This document shows, one piece after another, positions 38,769 through 53,700 of a DNA stretch of 64,000 nt. A program made the translations under genes and the position numbers. Source of the DNA: Phoronis australis. Its lineage: Eukaryota; Animalia; Phoronida. The stretch covers positions 325,876 to 389,875 of the forward strand of contig NMRA01000354.1 of the NCBI GenBank assembly GCA_002633005.1, read 5' to 3'. How positions within the stretch are numbered: the first letter of the stretch is position 1; each line of letters begins with the position of its first letter. The notes under the pieces were generated by a model. The model did not search any database. It was not told the origin of the DNA and was given only the letters and a program-made list of their open reading frames with translations.

Positions 38769-41700
38769 TCACTTGAACTGGTTAGCAAGCTTCATTGACT
38801 TGTAGTCGGCTCTGAGTTGTACGAATGAGTGTAGAACAGACTTCTCAAGACAAGACTGAAATACAAAAGTGTAGCAAGAGACATAACAAAAACCATTGCC
38901 ACTCGTCAATGGTGCAATACACCATGAATTAATCCCCTCTTTAGTATGACGTCTTTTTGATGTTTTGGACCCAGTCAAATAAAATTAAAAAGCCAAAATT
39001 AAAAACTTCATAATAATTAGGCCAGATTTACGGCACTAAGCACTTTGAAAATTACTACCACGTCAATTTTAATTCTTCCCAACTCTCCAGGTGCATACAA
39101 TGGGTGCAACCATTGTTGGAGCACACCCACAAACCATTTAAAAATTACAAGAGCTAAATTGCTCCCATGGTTACCTGAATCAGAAAATAATCCAAAACCT
39201 GTATATTTTTTGAAAATGTGACGTGACAGCATTTTTATTCCTATTTGTCCAAATCGCGTTATATTTGAGGCAGATAGCCCTGTGATAATCAACCGCCCAT
39301 CTCTTCATGATGTCTGAGTTTTCTGCTACAAATGGTACATCATCTTGGCCATAGTGTTCTGACCATTACAGGGACGTAGCAAAGCTTTGTATGACCCAGC
39401 CTCCCATTACTAAAGTGGACTGACACTAATTTGATGGTTAACACATAGGGATAATGCCAAGAAATCTTGACCACTGATGGCAGCTGATTAGATCTTACTT
39501 TCATTAGCAACTATGTACCCAAGATTGGCAGTGCACCCACGAAATACGTCCTCACGATTTTCGTTGAATAAACAAGAATTTGAAGGCCTTACCTAGTACA
39601 CTGTACTCACAAACAGCCTGCACTGCGCACTTGTAGTCTGTTAACTAAACCCCATGAGCCCAAAAACTTGCATTTTTGAACTCGGATAATTACAAGTTGA
39701 AGAAGCAAAGGAAGCGGATGACTGAAAAGTTTACGTTTTTGAAAAATCTCAAATTTGAAGCAGAAGTGTACATTAAACAGAGCTGCCAATTCCTTATTTT
39801 AATTAAACTGCTATTTGTCAGGAAATCACAAAGAATTCTAGAGACGTGCTCTCGGAAACGTTGAGTTGTGGGGTGTCGATCATGAGTACACACATTCGTG
39901 AACCAAGTCAGTTGTCTTTAGCCTCTTAATAGATTTTTTCTTAGGTGACACCATTTGAAAGCCAGAGCAAAGTTGATTTTTAGGCCATGCAAGCTTTTGC
40001 AGAAATCTATATGACATTACCAAAATAGGATTCAAAAGGTGTCAATAGATGGCATGCGAAATCTTTTGTCAAATAAATACTGATCGAACACAAAAACATG
40101 TCATTGCTTGCTTTAACTCAGAACACACTATGGAAGTATGTATCAAAACCGGATATCACGGCAATTCACGTAATATTTGAAGGCAATATTTCTTGCGTTA
40201 TCCACCATTTAGAACACAGGATGATTAAGATGAACAATATTACTTGTGTGCAAAGTACAAGATGTCCTGATAACTTTTCAAGATTATAAAATGTGAAGAA
40301 TGATGTCATTCAACATTTAGTAGAGTAACCCTGAATTTTCAAAAAATAAAACTAAAAATTCGTTAAGTAGAAAACGTGATTCTGTGTTAAAACACCATTA
40401 TTTGAAAATGAAGCTTTGATAAAACAGCATTATTTTAATATTTGTTTGGGAAAGTTTTCAACTGAAATGATGCAGCGAGTAACACAAAACAAATTAATTC
40501 ATGCACAACAATGCAAAGATTACACAGAGGGTACATTTCTCAGATGAAATTGCTTTCTGAAACTTCAAGGAGAGATACACAAGCTTGCTTACCAGTTGGT
40601 CACCATTGCAGACTTGTTTGACGTTTCCTGGGCCTACAATAAGCAGCTGACACAGGGCTACCAGTGTGTCAAAAAGCTGGTCAACAATGCTGATCTTGAA
40701 ATCCTTGGCCAGCTTCCTGTACTCACTGACATCTGCTAGGACAAGAGTGGCCCCTGGTGGTAGACAGAGAAATAAAACATCAGAACTTTCACACAACACA
40801 AGTAACCACAGTAGAGGTAAGAAGTGGGACTCACAATCAGATATTTCATCTCAGACCAGACAGTTCCATGGAAAGAACATTTTATATTTTAGTGTTGAAT
40901 ACACACATCCGAAGTTGGAGACGCAAAGAAAGCAAAGCTGCCACTAGGGGGTGTCATAGTAGTTGAAGCTGCCTAAAAATTATCAGGCACCATGCTTTTC
41001 TCACACATAATCCTTAGAGTGGTTTGGCCAATAGAGATAGACTTTAAAACAGACTAAAAATAATAAAAATGGCCACTAGGTGGTGTACACTACATTGAAT
41101 CCATCTATTTAGTAGGAAGCTGTTAGCACATTTCATAAAAATCTGTCAAAAAACTCCAAAGGTAATGGATAAAGATTGTCACTAGGGGGCACAACCATAG
41201 TGAGATCCAGTTGAAAGTCGTTGTCATACGTTGTCACCATCATAAAAATATACTTGTCAAATGTAACAAAAATCCTACAGAGGATTTAGGAGACACAGCC
41301 ATGGATGCATGTTGCCCTAATAGATACCTATTTGCTAAATTTCAAAGGGATAGATAAACAAATAAAATTCACGCCACCAACGGTGGCCAGACAGGTATGA
41401 TGTCATAGTGTGCCTACACATAAACAACTAGGCACATAAAAAGTAAGCCTGTTTCACTTCGCACGACCAACCATAAAATATAAATTTTGTTTGCAATCTG
41501 ACAAAAGAATGTTCCTTTAATATCAAAAACAAAATATTTTCAAAACAAAAATGAGACGTAGAAAAATAAAAGATTTTGTCTACCAGCCTAGCCATATCGG
41601 ATATTACGGATGGCCACGAAACAAAAAATCAGAAAAGATGGCCTTTCTTGCCAGTGACTTACCGAACAGCATTATACTTAACTAACAAAGAAATGATAAC

Positions 41701-44700
41701 AAACGTTTTGATAATAGCAACTATTGCCTCACCACATGTCTGTAAGAATGCAGTCTGATGCTGATGGAACTTAAAAACACTGCCATATTATCAGTTGTCT
41801 GTTTTCCTCTTAAATGCTGGTTCACATGCAACAGTGTATGAAACATAGTTACTTTTACCAAGTACACGGCTAGAAAATGCAGGAATATCTAGGGAATTTC
41901 CACGGTAAAAAGAAAAGTAAACAAATGAGTTTACCTTGTAATGCTGTTGAGCTTCCAAATTCCAGCAGCAAGATGCCAGTAGTGTCTGCATTTCGCAAAA
42001 ATGTATTACAAAACTTCACCGGCAACAGTTATCTCTAAGACCCTAACAATGTTTCACTCACCTGTAAGATTATACTGGAACTGAAGAAGATGTTCGTAGA
42101 CGACGCGATGAAACTGGACGCCAAACTCGGCCAGGACCACATCAACATTCTTACCATCAAGGGTTTCACGCACAACCTTACACTGGTTACGAACGTACTT
42201 GCACAACTTGACACAGGCCTGTGAACATGAAAGGTTACTACAGTAAAGCTTGTATAAAAAACTGGCATAAGTCAGATGTCCTTAAAACGGATCTCCACTT
42301 GGCTCGTTTAACAGTATGGTTGACCTTATTTATGCACTTGGCGCTTCCGAAAAATCATATTTTGCCTATTAGCCACATTCTGAAATAGCTCAGTGACCAG
42401 GGCTTAGAATGATCAATGACAAAAAAGAGGAAAATTTTCCAGGTTATTTATCATTCAATCTAATGCCATTAAAGTTTACTGCTGCACAACGACTTGCAAT
42501 GTTGACATGAATACAATGACAAACTGTGTGTGACACAAAAGATCATTCTTGTTAGTCTTCGTTTTTAAATGAAAATTTGACATTTTTCCTTGTCAAAGAA
42601 TTCATATTTGTGAGCTTAATTTTGAACTAGGTGCTGTAAAATATCTATAATATGGACATGATTAATTGACAAAATTGACATATTATCAGTTAAATTCTGG
42701 CAGTTTGGGGTGCGAATTGCCGACTAGCATACGCATGCACCCAGGGGGCTTGGGGAAGAATGCACAACGCATAGGTCTTGAACAAACCCCGTTTAACTTT
42801 TTTTAGTAATAAGGTCTGCAAACCAAAAAAAATTGAGGCCCTGCATCCCTATATTTTAGGCTGGGCACGTGCGTGAAGCAAAATTCTGGTTATTCCTGTG
42901 CCCTGACGACCCCCTAACTCAAAATCCTGGATCTACCATTGGTTTTAACTTTTCAAGGACTTCTTATTTTGTTGCGAAAGCCCACAGTTTTTCAAGATAT
43001 TTCTTGAAGGTTGCTATTGTCCAGAGCTTGAACATGTCAAGGAATTAATTTCATGCTATACGTCTTTCGCTAAAATTTGTAAAATAAAATTTCATCTGCC
43101 CGACATATTACACCTAAATTAGTAAGGTTTTACTATAGGTTTATAAATGAACATGGCTACACTTCAAAACAAAGCCAATGGTGTTCATATGCACTTTACT
43201 GCGTCATTTGTAATCAATAACTGTAAAAATCTTAGAAAATCTGAGTTTATAGCATGTTTAAAACTCAAACAGACAGACAGACAAATGACAGAAAGGTCGA
43301 TATACCTGCGAGTATAAATCAAGACCAGAAGGCTGGTTACCCTCTGGCTTGAAATCCGTCTTTTTCTGTTCCGTGGTCAGAATGTGACGCACGTAGCCTG
43401 TCATGGCCAGCAGAGTTCTGTCGAGTCCGACGCTGATCTTAGCTTCCATCTGCTCCATTAAATCACGCTTTTTATTCAGCGCATCCGTGTGTTGCGGAGT
43501 TGTGCTGCAAGCATTACGAAGCGACACGATAAAAGAGCCAAACAACCATTTTCAATTATTCTTAATGTCAAAATCGCTATCATAATTCCTTACAAACTTA
43601 ACGTTATCACGTGTTTCAGAAAATTTGACTAAATTGTCATTTAGGACTGAGCCAGGAAAATAAGGTATTAAGATAAGATAACATGTGAATCTTTATTTAG
43701 AGAGGGTAAAAACGTCAGCTTGTCTACCACAAGGTCCTCTAAAAACAATAAACAACAACAACTTAAAGAATATTAATAACTACAAATAATCAAAAATAAA
43801 TAAAAAACAGGAACATGGTAAGCTTAGCCCATTAAGTGTCCATTTCATGAGTTGTTTGTAGCCTTAGATCTAAGAAGAAAGTTTATGCAGAGTTGCATCC
43901 ATGCACAAAATTCCCGAAAACAGTGTATTTTGTATGTTAAACACAAGCCAGTCATAAGTTAATGAAAACCGAAAACTAACCAATTTTCACCACAGATGGA
44001 CATGCCTAACTCTGAGATCACCGGTTTCAAATGCTAATGCAAAAAACTCTAAATACCAAATTTTTATAACATTATAGTAAAATATTAACTTGAAGAATGA
44101 TTGGAGAGCAAAACTGGAAACTGAAAACAAGAAAATAGCGCAGTAAGAACTATACCTGACAAGAGGAATAAGGCTGTCGGTGAACTGTCGCTCAAATAAA
44201 TGAAATATAGCGTTGCACTCCGTTACCACACTGAAGAAGTAGATCTCCGGCTCCGACTTAGGGTCAGGCAACGGTACGGCTGCAAGAGATGTAGAGTACA
44301 TTTAGTCTACCTTCCTCGCCTGAAAATTTTGATCATCTGGGTATAAATGAAGATGTGTGACTCGCTCATTTTGAAATGTTTATTTTGGTCTATGTATAGT
44401 TGGCAACATTTGAAAATAAAAAAGCAACACATCTGCATCTAGATCCTACCACAAGGGGAAAATGTGCACTGCAACAACCAAACCACATTTTTCATAGCCA
44501 TAACTGTGAAATGGAACGGCAAAATAAGGATAACTTATGTAAAAAAGCCCAAAAATACACGATTATACATTCATTTTGCTACATTTGTCAAATAGTGGGA
44601 CATCTTTTGGTTTGGTGGTATCAGATAGTGCAGATAAGTATTACAGCACAAAAAATACGAATGAACGCCATAACAATAGGTGGCATTAAACTGGGGGCCT

Positions 44701-47700
44701 CGAAATTCACTAACTAGTGACAACAGCCCAACATGTGCAAATGCTTGCATGTCAGTAGTCTCATCACACCTTTAGTTCATGAATGGCCCATACAGTAGTG
44801 TGAACTTCTTGCAAGTTGGGTAAGATCATGCATAACAATGCATGGCAAGTGTTATGCAATTAAGCTCCCTAAATTACAAGCTTAAACTAGTAAAATGGCC
44901 ACCATTGAAGTGATTGGTCGGCGAGGCTAGAATGTTGAACTATGGCAATTAACTCAATATTTCCATTCCATCAGCCAAGGCTTTTTCGACGAAAATGTCT
45001 AGCATTATGGAATGCGCCCCAGCACCCATTCTTCATTAGAACAGCCAAATAATGTCCAGATTTTAGCTAAAATATTCTCACAACACATGGACCAGCGGAA
45101 ACATACCTTGTAAGCCCACGTCTAAAGAATAGTCCACAAACTCCTGACAAAGATATTGCACCAGCACCTCAAAGATCTGCATGGCATTCTTCGGCATGTC
45201 CGACTGCTCAGATAACTGTAAAATAGTACTGATATTTGAACACTGGAGAAAGCTGAACAGACTTTTCTTTATTCGACAGACGATTAAGAAGTAAAGCCAG
45301 GTCAACAGCAACTTGTTGCAACTATTGTATAAAATCATAGTAACATAGTTATTTGTTGTTACTGGAGTATGAATTCATTTTTGTACAGTAACTTGTTGAC
45401 ACTGTTGTATAACTTTGTAGCAATACAATAATTGGTTGCAACTGTTATATAAATTCATAGTAGTACAAAAACTAGTTGCAATTGTTGCATTAATTCATAG
45501 TAACATAATAACTTGTTGTAACTGTTGTATGAATTCATAGTAATATAGTAATTTCTTGCAACAGTTGTATAAATTCATGGAAGTACAGTAAATTGTTGCA
45601 ACTGTTGTATAAGTTCACCTTATTATAGTAAGTTGTTGCAACAACAAAAAGGCTGCAACTGCGTCTCTTAAATAATGTGGAGCAGGCTTAAGGTTGTTAT
45701 GAATTCTACTTTGAGGTTCAAGCTAAGCAACACAGTACATTCTTCTTCATTTTTTGAAGGATGCAATGCGTGATGTACAAATAACAGCAGGTAAACACTT
45801 TGGCCAAGACTTCAGAAGACCAATGGAGAGTCCATTCTAGCCAAAGAGCTGTTGAAAAACAAACTCAAACAACAACCAGATAATTGCCATACTGATATTG
45901 ACATTTGTCAGTCTGTTACTTTGGACACAAACTAAATCAAATTGATTTTTATTACCGTTAAATAGTTAACCTTATACATATTCTTTCATATCAAACAAAA
46001 CAAAATCTTTCAGGTAAGTCAAAAAAAACGAACAATCCCGATTCACTTAAAAAGCTTCATCTATACCATCAACTGGAAGGTACTGCAGCCCCATCTCAAT
46101 ATTCTACAGCAATGTGTATGTCGACATTTCATTGACTTAAATCACATTTTCAATTGAAAAAATGTTTCTTAAGTCTACAAATGTGCAATTAGCCAGATAT
46201 GAAAGGCTTACATTGAGACATCGTCTGAATGCCATCTTGGACTCCTGCAGCAGATTAATAGCGACCTCTTGTGACAGAAATGTTTCCCCGCCATAATTCT
46301 CAATAGTTGGCCCGAGGTTGATGTTGGCTTTCATACCAATCACAGTCTGGATGTCTCGTCTCAAGTCATGGATTCTACACATTAGAAAGTCAAGTGAAGC
46401 GAATACAGCGCCATCTATAGTAACATTTTATGATAATTGTCAACTGTGTAGCATTTAGGAATTTAGATAGCACCAAAGAAAGCCCCATCTTTAATTTGGA
46501 AGGAGCAAACAATGAAGGCACAAAAAATATCACAATTAGTGTAACATTGTAAGAGGGAAAAATGATTTTCAGGAGATCAGCAATGAGGTGAAATTGAAGT
46601 CACAACACTTCCCTAGTGGAGCCAAACCTCACTCAATAAATAGCAGAGTGTTTTAAGCGCATCTAAGAGTTAAAGTCATAGGCATTAATTTCAGTGCATG
46701 GCTGGCAGCCAATTATAAAAAATAGTAATAAAATCACAAAAACACAACTGTTGTTGTTCTATAGTTCTGGTCAAAGCTAATAACTTCAAGAACTCGACCC
46801 ACTCCAACAATAACCTCCAAAATGAATTTTTGTGCCCTAAAACCGAGTGTCCCTTTAAACTTGAATTCCGACTCCAAGAATATTTCCAATATTTTTGTTC
46901 AGTTCAAGCGTGGTAAACATCATTTATCAAAAGCATTAATTTATGCTTGTGAAACATTGCTAACATTGCTGTCTTTTGTAGGTACTAAAACATGATTATA
47001 TTAAGCACCAGTTCTTGCCTAAGTGCCAGTGACATACTTTGTAATGCCAAAACGGTAAGACATCTATAATGACCACACTGATTGTTCTAAAGCAGTGTGG
47101 AAACACACACAGCCACCTTCAATGAGCACATTACTAAGTGTTAATGTTTTACAAACTGTTGCAGAGATGTTAGTTGATTGTGATCCTAATAATGAATGGC
47201 TGAGACAAAATTTTAACTGTAGAGTTTTTGATCACATTTTGCGGGTAGTGCGTACTTTGCAATAGTAAAACAAGATTTCCTAATTTAAAAAGCATCAACC
47301 TTAGGAAATTTAGATTTGCTAAAATACAATCCTCTGTTTCTGAAAATCAAGGTCTCAAGTAAGAAAGAGGTCTAAATTAAGTATTTTGATGTGAGGAGAG
47401 TTTCTAGTAACTTTAGAGATACAGGACGATGTACATACATTATACAACAAAACTATTCAGACAAAATGACATGGGATTCCCCGTCACAACGATTGGGTGG
47501 AAGCTAAATTCAGAGTCACACTGACAACGAAGGAGAACAAATCGTCAAGTTGCTATGTTGTCTAAGCCACTCTTTAGTTAGAATTTTAATGCCATAATAG
47601 TCATTACCAGCAAATTTTCCTGTCAACAGAATTAGCTGTCACAATGGGTAAATGGTATTTTGTAAAGACTACGTCTGTAATGTACCGCAACAGATCAAAG

Positions 47701-50700
47701 TGGCAAAACTAATCAGGTCTGTGTTTAATCTGCCCTCACCCTCCCATTTGTTTCTTCTGGTGACCAGCTGACTCATAGTAACTTTTCAGTGTTGATGACA
47801 TCTTGTCTTTCAGATATCTAGTCTCCAACCTACAACGACAATTCACAAACCTTAGTTAACAATTATAATAAATAGCCTGCAAAAAACATACAGCGCTCTA
47901 CAACCAATGGCACTAACAATAACCACTACAAAAAACAAATACAACATTCGCAAAAGATTCAGTTACAAAAATACAATAACCAAAAATAAACTAACAAAAC
48001 ACTTATTGTTTTGCAGTGTCATTTTGCTGAATAAAAAATTCCAAGTTAAATTTGTTCAAGGGACAAATAAATTATTCTGCCCACAAATCCCATCACCCCA
48101 AAAGTATTTGTACTTGGAGCTCAGGCAAGTCTTACCCAATGTACTCAGATATGTGTTGGCTGAACAACTTCTTTGTTATCTTTGCCATGAAGTTAGAGTC
48201 CAACCCTAGCTTGAGCAGAGTCTGCAATTCACTAGCCAGCTTGGTAGTTCTAAAACAAATCAATTTTATGATCAGCAACTATTTGCCTATAATGATGATA
48301 CCTCCATCTTCCCTCTTTTTTACATAATCCGATGACAAGATAAATAACCTGCGAGTCTCCGACAGGTTATGACGACAACGCACGTCATCCATTTTGACGA
48401 AACAAATGATCATGGAGCAACATAAGTCTACTGCATTTGTACTGCAAATTTAAAATTGCAACCAGAAGGCATGACTTATAACAAGACTCATTAAAAATCC
48501 ATCACACATAGTGCTCTCCTGATGTCCATAAGACCTGATATGCCCAAGACATTGATGGGTATTTATTTTATTACATGACCAATGACGCCTCTTTTCTACG
48601 ATTTTTTTTATCCCTTATCAGACTAGCTTGCTCTTACCTGCTTTAATGTCTGGTCAGCTGTATCATTTCTACATCAGTCATCCAGGTGGCATGAATGAAA
48701 CTTGTCATTTTACACTACCTTGGTTAATATCAGGCTATATCAGAGGTTGTAACGTGTTACAGCCAATCAGAGGACAAAAGCATCCGTGGTCATGTAATAG
48801 TACTACATAACATAACCTTCAACTTGCAAAACACAAACCATGAGCATAAGAAAATGCCACAAGAAGCACTCAAGGTACATTGGAGAGCGGTGTTTAATAC
48901 CACGTTCATGTTACTTAGTACACAAAAGGCTGTAAAGGTACACTAGAGTGTAGTGTTTAACAACAGGTTCACTTTACTTTGTATACAAATCGTCTAGCAC
49001 CATTAAGTAGTCCTCCCAGTCATGCTTGCAGCTCTGCAGTTTCCTTTTGATGAAGTCCTGAAACAAACGCAACAGGGTACTATGCACCAGTGCCAGTCAC
49101 AATTCTTAGATTTGCAATTATAACACCTACCTACACAGCACATCAAGAATTTATGAGATGCTTTTAAAATACCACGTGTGTAAAATCAACATTTATAGAG
49201 AATCCCAACCAATACCACATCCAGGGCCAAGAGTGCTACATTTTAAAATAGTATAAAGTTTCAAAATCTCCCATAACTACCTAGTTAGTTGATATATAGA
49301 GTACAAAAACGGCTCTCGCACTCTTGAATCCTCAGGTTTGGTGCGTCTTAAGAATACACAGAAAATGCAAACAAACTTCAGAGAAAAATGATTTCTTGGT
49401 ACCACAACAAATTCCCAGAATTGAAGCTACCCTTCTTCCATAAACGAACAACATAAGTGACAGCCCCAACTAAATTTACCACAAATAAAGAAAAAGCCCA
49501 AAACTGGCAGTTGCCAGAGTGCACACCAAGAGGCCATGGTTTGTAGGAGGCGTTGATAAACAAGTTCATGCATGTCATCAAAGTATCATCACATACCGTA
49601 TTCGCCGTAATAACCGCCCATGCCCCTATAAGCGCCCCCCCCCCACGCGTTTTCAGACTTTGCTGAAATAAGCGCCCAGTCCATGAACGTGTACATGCGA
49701 ACAATGACGTACCTACAGTCCTAAAACTTGNNNNNNNNNNNNNNNNNNNNNNNNNNNNNNNNNNNNNNNNNNNNNNNNNNNNNNNNNNNNNNNNNNNNNN
49801 NNNNNNNNNNNNNNNNNNNNNNNNNNNNNNNNNNNNNNNNNNNNNNNNNNNNNNNNNNNNNNNNNNNNNNNNNNNNNNNNNNNNNNNNNNNNNNNNNNNN
49901 NNNNNNNNNNNNNNNNNNNNNNNNACGATGTTGCACAGATTTATACTTAAACCTGCCGTTAATCCAGACTCCACGGGAACTTAAAAACCTTAGAGACGCT
50001 ACTTATAAAATTTAATGAGGATTTCAGGTACTTTATCGAAACCATTTTTATTCAAGCATTGAAGTCGCCATATCGAAGACGGCGATTTCGAAGCAGTCAG
50101 TTGGTGAGTTTTCGCCCTGGGATTTCAGCACAATTTTCTATAAAATGATCGTAATTTAGCAGCAAAGTTTGATAGCAATGCACCAAAGTTTTGTTGAAAG
50201 TCTTTCATAGATTACATGCGTCACAGAGCGTAAATTTGATGAATCTTAGCTTCCGATTTCACCCGTTTCGGAGACCGGGTTTCAACCGCCTTGGGTTATA
50301 ATAAGCGCCCCCCCTGAACCGAACTTTTCTAAGCGCCCTGGGCCGTTATTACGGCGAATACGGTAGGTCAAAGAAAAGGATAGAATGAGACGGGAGATTT
50401 TTTTTCCAATTACAGATTTAGATTAAGGAACAAAGACAAAGGACTTTACCTGCAGCTTCCCATGGAAGACGTTGAGCACAAATTTGGCTGTAATACTCTC
50501 AGGTGAGAGAAACACCTGTTGAATAATGTCACTGGTGGTGGTACATACAGGTACGATGTCACGATGGAGGTCACCAGTCAGAATGATTCCCATCTGACTT
50601 TGTTCAATGAATGCTTCAATGCAGTGGTTGTAACCCTTAGAAAGAGATAACAGCCAAACGTTATGTTGAATAACAGTTAGGGTGGAGAAACTCCTCAGCC

Positions 50701-53700
50701 AACTCACCCAACATACTGGCAGGAGTTTCAAGTCTAATTGCCACACCTTTGAAGCATTAAACCCAGAAATTAAATTCAGATCTCTACTTTAGTAATCTAA
50801 TGGCCGGATACTGGAAACAACATGGTGGTAGATCAATGACTGCACAAAGACATACAGTGATGTGTGGCTGATTCTGAAAAGCTCTCAGAAGTTTGATAGA
50901 GAAAAAACAGTGTGTTCCTTCAGAAACCTCCATTGCTGGCTATAGCACCATCATTTAGCATGGGCATTAAAGACAGGTTGTAACCAAAAGGTTGGCTACT
51001 AAAAGCAAAGTTTGGCAATGCCTCAGTGGATAAGTGGTGAACTTAAAAATGTATTTTTAACATTAAGAAAACAATGACCATGTATCCGTGCTTCGTGCTT
51101 GACACTCAAAACGATCCTGAAAAAATAGCTGGGAGCTTTTTAAACTTTCTCTTCAAAAGGAGATCCCATTGGTTTTTTTTCTTGAATTAAAATGGACATT
51201 ATGATGCATCAAGTTTGAAACAGAAGACTGAATAGACATACTGTGAGAACTTACTTTGAACTGAGACAACACCTGGCAAACTTCTTTCATTTTGACTATA
51301 TCACCATTATAATGCGCTGCCTTGAACTCATTGATCAGCCCTTCTTCACTTTGTGAGTATTTTACTATAAAGTAATAAAACATTTTAAAGTACAGAGAGC
51401 AAAGCCATTATATGACTGCACTTCTGATTCTTAAAATAAAAAGTAGACAATTTAATCCTAATCCTAAAACCACTGACAAAAACCCGAGTACTGACAAAAA
51501 TAAGCATCAGAAAAATCGACTTACCTTCTATTCTCTGCTTGGCTTTCTCAAACCTTAAATATTAGTAAAAATATTTTACACCTCCAAAGCAAAAACCACA
51601 CTTGTCGAGTCAACAAAAGCACAGTCACGCAACATCATTTTTAAGACAAAATAACGCAGAACTTGAAATGCACTAAGTGTCGCCAGTGAAGCAAGGCACT
51701 TTCCCATAGAAATGTCTGCATTAAGGTGTCACTTCCTTCCCGTGGCAATCTCAGCTTCTGACACGTGTATTTGGAGACATTAAAAAGCCTTTCAACATCT
51801 TCCTCTAGTAGAATATTCGTGTCGTGAGTATCTTGGAAACAGTTCAGGAAAAGCAATTGCAAAATTCCAGCTCTAACGACACAACAAACAACCATAGTCA
51901 TACCGAAAGTAAAATGTCTAAATTGGTAGGTGTCGCTAGCGAATAAGGAAGTTGTGGCTTGTGCGCAAGATCACAGACCTTGTGCATTGTGAATGTATAG
52001 AGTTGGCAGCCCATGTCTATGATGCTATCAACACTTACTGCTCTCCAGCTGGTAACTCCTGAGCAATCAGGTACAGTTTCTGTAGCACATCAGCAGCCTC
52101 AGCGAGCTGCAAGTGTATCAGAAATGTCTTCAATCAGAATAGAAAGAAAATATTAACAGCCGACTCACAAGCCTTTAAAAATGACTGCTGACGCAGACTA
52201 TGGTAGGATCCATACAAGCATGAAAGCATAACGAATAATTGAATTACATAACATCATTTCAAAATTTCATAAGAGTCACTGTATAAGAGAGTTAAACAAA
52301 TGCTTTAAATACTTAAAATTATGCCAAACACACGCCCATGGGTGTTTATTTGGTGTTACAACTTTGGTGTCAAGTGTCCAGACAGTGGGACGTTAATTTG
52401 GAAATTTTCCTCCTAAAAGCCCACCCAGCATCAACTTTTTGTCACAAATTCAGTTTTAGGGAGCATTAATCATGTATAAAACGAACAAGGCGTTTGCGAA
52501 CTATGCATTTATTAACAAAAATTTTAAAAACGCTGTTTTAGTAAAATAGTGTCAAGTCAAGCAAAACAATGGCTTTCCGTTTACATACCCAGGCATTTAT
52601 TTGGTGTTGTTAAAACGCCTCAAAATTTTCATTTTCCGAATACATGCCCATGGGCTTACCTTCGGAAAACTCTGGTAGTATGTCCAAAATATGACAAAAT
52701 GTAATGACCATCAACTACTCAACAAATTTGTTTCAAAACATAACACCTTTCAAGCCAACTAACTTCACATTCACTTACTCTGAATGGATCATTGAATATT
52801 TGTGACTTGGGTTCCTCGTCAGACATGAACTCGCCAAAGTAGTTCAGCAGTTTTTGCGCCTCAACTGCCCGTGATCGTGGCGTATTCACACCTTCGAGCT
52901 GGTCACCCAGATGCACTACTTTGGTTGCCACAAAGTTGATCCGTTCATCCAACTGTTGAAATTTTCCAAACGCAACCTGTGAAGGCAGAATGTAATGATT
53001 ATTCATAAGAAAATGAACAATATAATATGCGTTTTGTATTGTCTACTCACAATGAAAAAGAACCAGCTATATTGTGTATTTATGATGCAGAGAAATACTT
53101 GGTCTTGCTCTTTTTAATAACTGAAATCATTCAAATCCTTCAAGTTATTTATAAATCGGTAAATAAAACAACAAGAATGGATTGATCCATTCTTGTTGTT
53201 TTATTTACCGATTTATATTCTTCATTTCATGAAACAATAGTATCCTTGGGAGGATCTGGATCGCCTTATTTAGTTTCAGATATATTTTCTACGTCAATTT
53301 ATTTAGAAACATTGTGCAAAACGTTACATTTGCAACTCGACAATAACAAAATTGAACCAAAGTTCTTCCTGCCTGCCAACCACTCATCAAACACCATTTG
53401 CCTACAATGAGTGCTGGCAATTTTTTTTGAACAAATGAAGCAGAAAATCTGCAGGTGTTCTGCTTTTCCAAAACTGGCACTACCTGATTGTCAGCTAACA
53501 GATGACCCACGACCTTTCGGTTACCCTTCTCCTCGTCTTTACACAGACCCTCCAACTTGTCAATGCGTTTCTCCAAACGTTTGTCCATCTCCTTCAACTC
53601 AGCGATAGAACGAGTAAACACATTATGCAGCGTCATTGGGTCAAACTGTTCCACGTTGTCTCTGCTAATTCCACCAGTGGTCCGCCACACTAGTCGCTCG

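Noticed and set aside
49378-50015. ORFs spanning N runs
   Set aside because: Artefacts of the assembly gap at 49731-49924 (likewise 10255-10357).
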